From: Candidatus Aminicenantes bacterium
GTDB taxonomy: Bacteria; Acidobacteriota; Aminicenantia; Aminicenantales; Saccharicenantaceae
Direction of reading: 5' to 3'
DNA: 64,000 nucleotides
Assembly: GCA_963807525.1 (NCBI GenBank)
Contig: CAWECI010000025.1
Coordinates: 95,056 to 159,055, forward strand
Shown here: positions 56,802 through 64,000 of the stretch, piece by piece
Position numbering within the stretch: the first letter of the stretch is position 1
Layout of the letters: the number at the start of each line of letters is the position of its first letter
Notes under the pieces: generated by a model
Databases searched by the model: none
The model's input: only the letters and a program-made list of their open reading frames with translations
Told to the model about the DNA's origin: nothing
Translations under genes and position numbers: made by a program

Positions 56802-57797
56802 CTATGTCCTGGGGCCGGCGGCCATGCGCCGCACGGCCTGGAGGTCGCGCTTGACCCGGGGCTCGCAGACCGCCGGCCAGCGGTCCCGGGCCAGAACGGA
56901 GAGCTTCCCGGCGTCGAGCAGCGCCTGGGTCTTGACGCCGAGGCCGACGAGCCGAACGAGCTCGGGCACGGCCAGGTCCGGGAAACGGGCCAGGAAGTCG
57001 GGATCGGCGACCGGGATGGCGAAGTCGCCGCCGTGGTCCTCGACGGTCAGCGTCAGATGCGGGTGGGCCGCCGCGAGCGTCTCGATGATGGCCGGAAGAT
57101 CGATCACCCCCTTGCCGGCCTCGGCCGTGAACGAGACGAAGCCGTCGGGCCCGAGCTTCAGGCCGCCGTCCTTGACGTGGGTGGTCACGACCCAGGGCAG
57201 GAGCCGGCGCGAAGCCAGGACCGGGTCCTCGAGCATGGTCAGAAGGTTCATCGTGTCCAGGCAGATGCCCAGCCCTTCGCCGGGCGCCGCCCCGCACATG
57301 TCGAAGAGGCGCAGCAGCTCGAAGGAGGTGAACTCGAAGTGGGTCTCGATCGCCAGGATGACGCCCAGGTCCCGCAGCATCGGCCTCTGCTCGCCGAGCG
57401 AGGCGGCCATGAGCCGGAGGAGCTCCTGGGTCGGCCGGGCGTCCTTGGCCCAGCGCATCAGCCCGCCCGAGCAGGAGCGGACCGTCGCGGCGCCCAACTG
57501 GCGGGCCTGCTCTGCGGCGCGCCGGTTGATCGCGGCGATATCTTTCGGCCGGCCGGTGGCGAGGTCGACGGGGATGTGTTCGCCCCCGCCCCACTCGAGG
57601 TACAGGCGGTTCTCCCGGGCGAAGCCGCCGAGCTCCTGCAGGAAGGTCTTGTCGATGACCGTGCCGGGCGGCACGTTGACCTCGGAGAATTGGACCCCGT
57701 CGGCCCCGTTCAGGACCGCCCACTCGATAAGCTCGAACGGCGACAGATCGAGGGGCTTCAGGCTGTAGCTGTCGATTCCGACCCTGAGCGCTTTCAT
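56802..57797 (-). CDS. Sugar-phosphate isomerase/epimerase (xylose isomerase-like TIM barrel)
   Basis: GIDSYS, LAIETH, CLDTMN, THVKDG, TVED metal motifs. Confidence 0.87.
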   Translation of the reverse strand: MKALRVGIDSYSLKPLDLSPFELIEWAVLNGADGVQFSEVNVPPGTVIDKTFLQELGGFARENRLYLEWGGGEHIPVDLATGRPKDIAAINRRAAEQARQLGAATVRSCSGGLMRWAKDARPTQELLRLMAASLGEQRPMLRDLGVILAIETHFEFTSFELLRLFDMCGAAPGEGLGICLDTMNLLTMLEDPVLASRRLLPWVVTTHVKDGGLKLGPDGFVSFTAEAGKGVIDLPAIIETLAAAHPHLTLTVEDHGGDFAIPVADPDFLARFPDLAVPELVRLVGLGVKTQALLDAGKLSVLARDRWPAVCEPRVKRDLQAVRRMAAGPRT

Positions 57798-58079
57798 GTC
57801 CCCGTCCGGCGGTCCTCATTCTATCAGTTTTCAAGGACCCTTGACCAGCCTGCTTTATTCATAAAAACGCCCATATTTCTTTGTCTCACTCTGATCAGGC
57901 GTTTTTACCCTGCGGGCGAACCGATCCGACCCCATCTGCTTCGTTCTCGGGGATTCGCAGTACCAAAGAGTACAGCTTCACCCCTCGGCCTCCCATCTGG
58001 GGCCGCCTCGATTCGTGAATAATTCAGGCCAGATGTACCGGCTTGAAAAAACGGGGGCCTTGGGATATCCTACCGTCCC

Positions 58080-58787
58080 ATGAGACGGACTTTTGCGGCC
58101 CTGGCGCTGCTTTTGGCGCTCATCCCGGCCGCGGCCCGCGGCCAGTCGTCGCTGGTCGCGGAGATCGCCGGGGACAAGGCGGCCACCCCGAAGCTCTTTT
58201 TCAGCCTCAAGTTCGGGCTCAACTTCTCGCACTTGACGGGAGCCGTCGATATGCGGCACACCGGCGGCGTCAGCTTCGGTCTCACCGCGACCATCCGGCT
58301 GAGCGACCGCTTCTCCCTCGTGCCCGAGATCACCCCCTTCCTGCGCAAGGGCGTTTCGGACATTCCCCTGGGCACGACCGGCGACCCGGGGCTCGATCCG
58401 TTCTTTGCCGACCCGGCGTCTTCGGAGCTCGCCCTGGACTACGTGGACTTCCCGGTCCTCGTGACCTACCGTCTGGGCCGGTTCCATCTCGGCGCCGGGC
58501 CTTATGTCGCCCTGCTCAGCACCGCCCGGGAGATCTTCCGGAGCGAGCCCACGACCGACCAATCGCTGAGGTTCTCGCGCGATGTCACGAGCCAGTACAA
58601 GACGACGGATGCCGGGCTGGCCGTCGAAGCGTCCTGGACCATGGCCAAGCCCCGGCGGGGCCTGGGCCTGATCCTCCACGTCCGCTATGAGGCCGGGCTC
58701 CTGAACGTCCGGGCCGCCCCGTCGGCGACGGGCTCCGGCCGGAACTCGGTCATCCAGGTCTTTCTGAGCTTTCCGTTCGTTCTCTGA
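58080..58787 (+). CDS. Outer-membrane beta-barrel (porin/PorT-like) protein
   Basis: Signal peptide; FSLKFGLNFS, LDYVDFPVLVTY, GAGPYVALL, RYEAGL, terminal aromatic strand. Confidence 0.8.
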   Translation: MRRTFAALALLLALIPAAARGQSSLVAEIAGDKAATPKLFFSLKFGLNFSHLTGAVDMRHTGGVSFGLTATIRLSDRFSLVPEITPFLRKGVSDIPLGTTGDPGLDPFFADPASSELALDYVDFPVLVTYRLGRFHLGAGPYVALLSTAREIFRSEPTTDQSLRFSRDVTSQYKTTDAGLAVEASWTMAKPRRGLGLILHVRYEAGLLNVRAAPSATGSGRNSVIQVFLSFPFVL

Positions 58788-58830
58788 TAAAGGCCCGCAA
58801 GGCCGCGCATTTTTCCGGAGGAGAGTCGAG

Positions 58831-59454
58831 ATGCTGAACAAGATGCAGGACGCCCTGATCGCCGGCAAGAAGGCCGAAGTCGAAGCGCTCGTCGACCAGG
58901 CCCTGGCCGCCGGGATACCGGCCGGCACAATCCTGAACGAAGGCCTGATCCCGGGCATGGCGCGGCTCGGCGTCCAGTTCAAGGCCAACGAGGTCTTCAT
59001 CCCCGAGGTCCTCGTCGCCGCCCGGGCCATGAACGCGGGCCTGGCCAAGCTCGAGCCGCACCTGGCCAAAGCCGGGGTCAAGCCGCGCGGCGTCGTCGTG
59101 ATCGGCACGGTCAAGGGCGATCTCCACGACATCGGCAAGAACCTGGTGGCCATGATGCTTCGCGGCAACGGCTACAAGATCGTCGACCTGGGCGTCGACG
59201 TCGCGCCCGAGAAATACCTGGAGGCGGCCAGGGCGAACCAAGCCAGCGTCATCGCCCTGTCGGCCCTGCTGACGACGACCATGGTCCAGATGAAGACGGT
59301 CATCGAGGCCGTCGAGAAGGCCGGGCTCAAGGTCCCGATCGTCATCGGCGGCGCGCCGGTCACCAAAGATTATGCCGACCAGATCCACGCCAGCGGCTAC
59401 GCCCCCGACGCCGCCTCCGCCGTCGAGGAGATCAGCCGCCTCATCGCCGCCTGA
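58831..59454 (+). CDS. Methyltransferase cognate corrinoid (cobalamin-binding) protein
   Basis: EVFIPEVLVAARAM, GTVKGDLHDIGKNLV (DxHxxG), SALLTTTM, IGGAPV. Confidence 0.94.
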   Translation: MLNKMQDALIAGKKAEVEALVDQALAAGIPAGTILNEGLIPGMARLGVQFKANEVFIPEVLVAARAMNAGLAKLEPHLAKAGVKPRGVVVIGTVKGDLHDIGKNLVAMMLRGNGYKIVDLGVDVAPEKYLEAARANQASVIALSALLTTTMVQMKTVIEAVEKAGLKVPIVIGGAPVTKDYADQIHASGYAPDAASAVEEISRLIAA

Positions 59455-60458
59455 TGACCTCTCGCGAGCTGGTCGTCGCCAGCCTCGAGCTCCGCGGCCC
59501 GGAGCGAGTGCCGCGCCAGCTCTGGACCCTGCCCTGGGCCCAATGGACCTGGCCCCGGGAGCTGGCCGGGATCGCCCGGAGGTTCCCTGACGACATCGTG
59601 ACCTGTCCCGCGTTCCTGCGCGAGCCGCTGCGGACGAGCGGGCAGGAATACGAGCCCGGGCTCTTCGTCGATGAATGGGGCTGCCGCTTCGAGAACAAGC
59701 AGCGCGGCATCATCGGCCAGGTCAAGGAGCCCGTCCTCCGCAGCTGGGACGATCTCGACGCCGTCCGGGTGCCCCGCGAGCGGCTGAGCGTCGACACCGG
59801 TCAGGTCGACCGATTTTGCGAGGCCTCGGAGGCCTTCGTGCTGGCCAAGACCTGGTCCCGCCCGTTCGAGCTCGTCCAGTTCCTGCGCGGCCCGGAGAAC
59901 CTCTATGTGGACCTGGCCGAGCGGCCGGCCGGGCTCGAGCGCCTCCTCGAGAAGGTCCACGCGTTCTATCTCGAGGAAATGGCGATCTGGGCCTCGACAG
60001 ATGTCGACGCCCTTGTTTTCGCCGACGACTGGGGCGGACAGGGCTCGCTTCTCGTCGCGCCCGCCCTGTGGCGGGAGCTGTTCAAGCCGCTCTACCGGGA
60101 CTATGTCGAGATGGCCCACCGCCACGGCAAGTACGCTTTCATGCACTCGGACGGGCACATCGAGGCCATCCTGCCGGACCTCGTGGAGATCGGCCTCGAC
60201 GCGCTGAACTCCCAGCTCTTCACCATGGACATCGACGGGATCGGGGCGCGCTTCGCCGGGCGGCTGACCTTCTGGGGCGAGGTCGACCGGCAGCACCTCC
60301 TGCCGTACGGCACGCCGGCCGAGGTCCGGGCGGCGGTCTGCACGGTGCGGCGGGCCCTCTGGCGCCGGGGCGGGGTCATCGCCCAGTGCGAGTTCGGCAT
60401 CGGCGCCAGGCCCGAGAACGTGGCGGCGGTGTTCGAAGCCTGGGACGAGCCCTTTTGA
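59454..60458 (+). CDS. Uroporphyrinogen decarboxylase/MtaA-like superfamily protein
   Basis: DEWGC, LRGPENLYVDL, FADDWGGQ, HSDG, FWGEVDRQ, QCEFG; TGATG overlap with the corrinoid gene. Confidence 0.85.
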   Translation: MTSRELVVASLELRGPERVPRQLWTLPWAQWTWPRELAGIARRFPDDIVTCPAFLREPLRTSGQEYEPGLFVDEWGCRFENKQRGIIGQVKEPVLRSWDDLDAVRVPRERLSVDTGQVDRFCEASEAFVLAKTWSRPFELVQFLRGPENLYVDLAERPAGLERLLEKVHAFYLEEMAIWASTDVDALVFADDWGGQGSLLVAPALWRELFKPLYRDYVEMAHRHGKYAFMHSDGHIEAILPDLVEIGLDALNSQLFTMDIDGIGARFAGRLTFWGEVDRQHLLPYGTPAEVRAAVCTVRRALWRRGGVIAQCEFGIGARPENVAAVFEAWDEPF

Positions 60459-60466
60459 CGGCAGAG

Positions 60467-60475
60467 TGATATAAT
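60467..60475 (+). promoter_or_regulatory. Extended -10 promoter
   Basis: TGATATAAT followed by SD GAGGAGG. Confidence 0.55.
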
Positions 60476-60527
60476 TCGAAGATAGCCGGGAGGACCGGCG
60501 GTCCCCTCGGGCCTGAGGAGGTCACAT

Positions 60528-61358
60528 ATGACACGAACGATGCGCTGGGCCTTTTTGGTCCTGGCGGCGGCGGCCGCGCTGGCCGTCCCCGCGTTCCCCA
60601 ACGATACCTTGGTGAGCAGTGCGTGGACCTCCGCGCCGGTCAAGATCGACGCCCAAGGCCAGGATTGGCAGGGCGTCCCCATGCTGACCGACAAGGACTC
60701 CAAGGCCGAATACGCCCTCGTCAACGACGGCCAGAACCTCTATATCCTCTTCGTGTTCAAGACGCCCGAGGCGGCCTCGACGATCGAGGCCACGGGCTTG
60801 AAGATCTACTATGGCGCCGCGGACAAGAAGAGCAAGGATCGCGGCGTGCACTTTCTGAAGAAGAGCGTGACCGCCGAGGCGCTGATCGCCAGCCTGGAAA
60901 AACAGGGCGAGACCCTGACCGAGGCCCGCCAGGCCGAGCTCCGGCAAAAGAAGGACTATATCCTGTTCGAGGCCGACGTCATCAACCCCAAGAAGGTCCC
61001 GGCGCCGACCGATCCGGCCGTCAAGACCGAGCCGCCCCTCTTCCATGCGGCCCGGGCCCAGGGCCTGGTGTACGAATGCCGCATTCCCCTCAGCCGCACC
61101 AACCAGCCCGGCGGCTTGGGCGTCGAGGCGGGCGGCGCCGTCAAGATCGGCTTCGATTGGGGCGGCCTGACGGACGAGATGAAGCGGAACATGATGGCCC
61201 CGAGCGGCCTGTCCGGCGCGCGCACCTCGACCGGCGACAGCCTCGCCAACCCGCGGAACGATGAGGCCAGGGACAGCGGGGCCATGCTGAGGCACGATCC
61301 GAGAACGAAGGAGCACGCCTTCTGGATCGACGTCAAGCTGGCCGCCGAAGGCCGCTAG
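60528..61358 (+). CDS. Exported hypothetical protein (CBM9/DOMON-like start)
   Basis: Signal peptide ending AFP; PVKIDAQGQDW, NDGQNLYILF, YECRIPL, FWIDVKLA. Confidence 0.75.
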   Translation: MTRTMRWAFLVLAAAAALAVPAFPNDTLVSSAWTSAPVKIDAQGQDWQGVPMLTDKDSKAEYALVNDGQNLYILFVFKTPEAASTIEATGLKIYYGAADKKSKDRGVHFLKKSVTAEALIASLEKQGETLTEARQAELRQKKDYILFEADVINPKKVPAPTDPAVKTEPPLFHAARAQGLVYECRIPLSRTNQPGGLGVEAGGAVKIGFDWGGLTDEMKRNMMAPSGLSGARTSTGDSLANPRNDEARDSGAMLRHDPRTKEHAFWIDVKLAAEGR

Positions 61359-61423
61359 GCCTCAGCGACCCGACGTCCCTGCTTGTTCGGGCGGGCACAT
61401 GTCCGCCCCGGGGGCCCGCGGGG

Positions 61424-62341
61424 TCAGAACGGCCGTGACGCCAGATAGGCCCCGATCAAGGCCAGGCCGACCGCCAGGAGCTTCCAACCCGTCAAGCGTT
61501 CCTTGAGGAAGATCGCCGCGATGATGACGATGAAGATCGTGTTGAGCTGATTGAGGACCGCGGCGACCGAGGCCTTGACGTACGTCATGCCGCCCATCCA
61601 CAGGATCAGCGAAAGATAGGACCCGAAGAAGGCCGCCGGGATGAGGACCGGCAGGTTGCGCCGTTCGAGGAGAGGGGCCAGCAGGGCCCTCCGGTTCCTC
61701 AGGAAGGGCGTCAGGACGGCCAGGGCCGCCGCCCCGCCGGCCAGGCGGACGAAGGTTGACCAGAAGACCGAGACCGAGCCCAGCACGGGCTTGACCATGA
61801 CGATGCCGAAGGCGACGAAGAACATCGCCAGGATGCCGTAAAGGATGCCCCAGGCGAGGTCCTTCCGTCCGATCTTTTCGAGCTTCCCTTCTTTGGCCAG
61901 GGTCAGGATGGCGGAGACGACGAGCCCGGCCCCGGCCAGCTGGATGAAGGTCAGCCGCTCGCCGAGCAGGGCGAACGACAGGGCGATGACGAAGGGACTG
62001 TAGAAACAATCGACGATCGCGGTCAGGCCGGCCCCGAGCCGGTTGAGGGCGTAGAAGAACAGCGTGTCCGAGACGGCGATGCCGAGGACCCCGCTCGCGA
62101 GAAGCAGCCAGGTCGTCGACGCGGGCACGGCCGGGAAGATGGGCTGGCCCAGGATGAGGAGCGTCGCGACGATGGCCGCCAGAGCCAGGACCGTCTTGCC
62201 CAGGTTCAGGGCGATCGGGTGGATGCGCCGCCCGCTGACGCGAAAGAGGACCACGGCGATGGCCCAGGCGAGGGCCGAAGAAGCGGCCAGCGTTTCCCCG
62301 AGCCCGTGCGGCGATCCAAGCGGATCCAACATGCCTGCCAT
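61424..62341 (-). CDS. DMT/EamA family transporter
   Basis: Ten TMs in two repeats; LAWAIAVVLFR, GVLGIAVSDTLFFYALNRLGA, LGERLT, LKERLT; alternative start 62332. Confidence 0.92.
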   Translation of the reverse strand: MAGMLDPLGSPHGLGETLAASSALAWAIAVVLFRVSGRRIHPIALNLGKTVLALAAIVATLLILGQPIFPAVPASTTWLLLASGVLGIAVSDTLFFYALNRLGAGLTAIVDCFYSPFVIALSFALLGERLTFIQLAGAGLVVSAILTLAKEGKLEKIGRKDLAWGILYGILAMFFVAFGIVMVKPVLGSVSVFWSTFVRLAGGAAALAVLTPFLRNRRALLAPLLERRNLPVLIPAAFFGSYLSLILWMGGMTYVKASVAAVLNQLNTIFIVIIAAIFLKERLTGWKLLAVGLALIGAYLASRPF

Positions 62342-62365
62342 CCTATAGGAGGACTGTCTTGGCCG

Positions 62366-62420
62366 CAAGATGGGGTCAAACCTACCTTTAATTACATTTT
62401 GGCAAAAGGTAGGTTTGACC
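62366..62420. repeat. REP-like palindrome disrupted by the IS (right arm continues at 63783-63800)
   Basis: caagatggggtcaaacctacctttt / aaaaggtaggtttgaccccgtcttg after removing the IS and one TSD; one mismatch in 25. Confidence 0.85.
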
Positions 62421-63782
62421 CAGTAGTGTCCCAACGTTAGTTAAATAGATTCAGTTGGTTAGAAGAGTATCTCGGGGTGGTTTAGGTTTGGCTGAAGTCA
62501 TTAAGGAATTGAGATAAGTGGCGACTTTTTCAAAAAGGGTCACGCTCAGGATCTGGAGAATTGTGTAAAGACTTCGGTCCGATTTTCAGTTTCTTTTTGA
62601 TGATGGCAACAAGAAGATAGACCGAGATCGGCAATCCAGATTTGGGTCTTTGACAGCATTCTCGGAGGTTCCGTAAGAATGACTTTAATGCGGAGATGTT
62701 GCTTGATCCATTTGAAGAACAATTCGATCTTCCACCGGCAGCGAAACAGTTCGGCAATCAGAAATCGACGGCAACGTGAAAGTTGTTGGTCAAGAAAGAT
62801 CAAGCCGCTTTCTGTTTCTGGGCGTCGAAGTCACGGATCCTTCGGAGCCGCTCGGGATAATCTCTCCGGGCATAGAAGCCGTGGAGGGCGATGATTTGAT
62901 CGGCTTGTACTCCTTTTGATTTGTCGACGCGGATGGGAGTAGATCCTCCGGAACCGAAAATTGCTTTTGGCCCGGATGATGAAGAAGGCCTCAGGGACTG
63001 ATGCAGATGCGTAGAGACGCGGGCAAAGTCGAGGATAGCCCCGGTCGAAAAGGTAAATAGCACCGGATTCGATGAGGAGGTCGTCGAGAAAATTGACCTC
63101 GTGCGTTTTTCCCGTTGGTTACGTAGATCAAAATCGGAATACTGCCGCGTAAATCCAGGAGGGTGTGGAGCTTGATCGCGCCTTTGTGCCGACGGAATCT
63201 GGCCCAGGGGAAAAGCGAGAGGCAAAGGTCGATCGTAGTGGCATCGAAGGCATAGACGGTTCTGTTGAAGCTCGACACCAAAATTTTCGTCGGCATATAG
63301 ATGACGGGCTTGGATGCATTAAGACTTGGGCGAAGTCGGCATAGATACGCCAATCGCGGGATTGGTTGGCGTGAGCCAGCGTATTGCGTGAGACTTTTCC
63401 GCGGATGCCCATATGATAGAGTTTCTGTTTGCGTGCCCCGTAAGACAGGCTTCGATATCGCGGAGACTTTCGCGATAGGTGAGCTGGGCAAAGGCCATGC
63501 AGAGGAACTGGTCCAAGCAGGAAAAGGTTTTGATTTTGTAATTGCCATGGTAGCGCTCGACGCGAGTGCCGAAACTCTCGTAGATGGGCAAAAAGTCCAT
63601 CAGTTGGGAGAAAATGGTTTTTCCAGAATTCATTAGCCCACTCCTTCTCTGGTTAGAGCTGAGGAAGTATGAGCATTTCGGGCAATTACAATTCAAATCG
63701 ATTCCGGCCCAAAACCCGGCTAGTCTATTGATAAACTAATAATGATAGAGATAGTCTTAAACCGAACGTTGGGACACTACTG
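62421..63782 (-). mobile_element. IS4-family insertion sequence (1362 bp)
   Basis: Perfect 18-bp TIR cagtagtgtcccaacgtt / aacgttgggacactactg; 10-bp TSD AGGTTTGACC (62411-20, 63783-92). Confidence 0.95.
62437..63633 (-). pseudogene. IS4-family DDE transposase (DUF4372 + DDE_Tnp_1), multiply frameshifted
   Basis: MNSGKTIFSQL, FAQLTYRESLRDIE, DATTIDLCLSLFPWARFR..KGAIKLHTLLDL, RWKIELFFKWIKQHLRIK, C-terminal QLNLF. Confidence 0.92.
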
Positions 63783-63844
63783 AGGTTTGACCCCGTCTTG
63801 GCTGACCGGCCCCTTCCGCGGTCCTATGGCGGCCTGCGTCCGGA

Positions 63845-63874
63845 TTGACCAGCGTAATGACGGCGTGCTATAAA
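63845..63874 (+). promoter_or_regulatory. Sigma70 promoter
   Basis: TTGACC-N18-TATAAA with TG extension; SD TAAGGAG downstream. Confidence 0.55.
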
Positions 63875-63894
63875 CGCGCCTAAGGAGACGCGCG

Positions 63895-64000
63895 ATGAGC
63901 AAGCCGAGATCTATCCCGTTCCTGGTCCTGGGGCTGGTCGTTCTGGCCTTGTCGGCCGTGCCGGCGGCCCAGGGGCTCCGGCCGGTCCCCGGGCGGACCG
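63895..64000 (+). CDS. 5' fragment of an exported protein (runs off the window)
   Basis: SD TAAGGAG; MSKPRSIPFLVLGLVVLALSAVPAAQ signal peptide. Confidence 0.65.
   Translation, partial: MSKPRSIPFLVLGLVVLALSAVPAAQGLRPVPGRT

Noticed and set aside
57798-58079. Cobalamin riboswitch upstream of the corrinoid genes
   Set aside because: No B12-box or GGGAA/GCCACTG-type core visible; only a simple AAAAACGCC/GGCGTTTTT hairpin.

Overview
High-GC (visibly GC-rich) bacterial chromosome segment. The gene content (many TonB-family proteins, Ser/Thr kinase-TPR and HTH-TPR proteins, system II cytochrome c maturation, bacillithiol genes, SMC) suggests an anaerobic diderm such as Ca. Aminicenantes/Acidobacteriota; this is inference only. 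It holds about 50 CDSs, one tRNA-Thr(CGT) with an integrase-less 2.1 kb islet bounded by a 45-bp att duplication, one IS4-family element with perfect 18-bp TIRs and a 10-bp TSD inserted into a REP-like palindrome, and two or more REP-like repeat families. No CRISPR array or rRNA was seen. The best candidate for an undescribed system is a recurring ECF sigma / zinc anti-sigma / TonB_C module. One operon has the anti-sigma zinc finger fused in frame to a full TonB. A second has ECF + ZAS + an exported triple-TonB_C protein. An identical promoter-like motif (GGAATAA-N14-TGTAT) precedes both the first ECF gene and a distant stand-alone tonB paralogue. Other highlights: a bacillithiol operon nested in an exported-deacetylase/symporter locus; a split 9-heme CbcL-like quinol oxidoreductase; a corrinoid/UroD-like + flavoprotein/OYE/SDR/TIM-barrel catabolic cluster; and a candidate sRNA under a consensus sigma70 promoter. 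Indels in the second symporter, the S9 peptidase and the transposase may be assembly errors.
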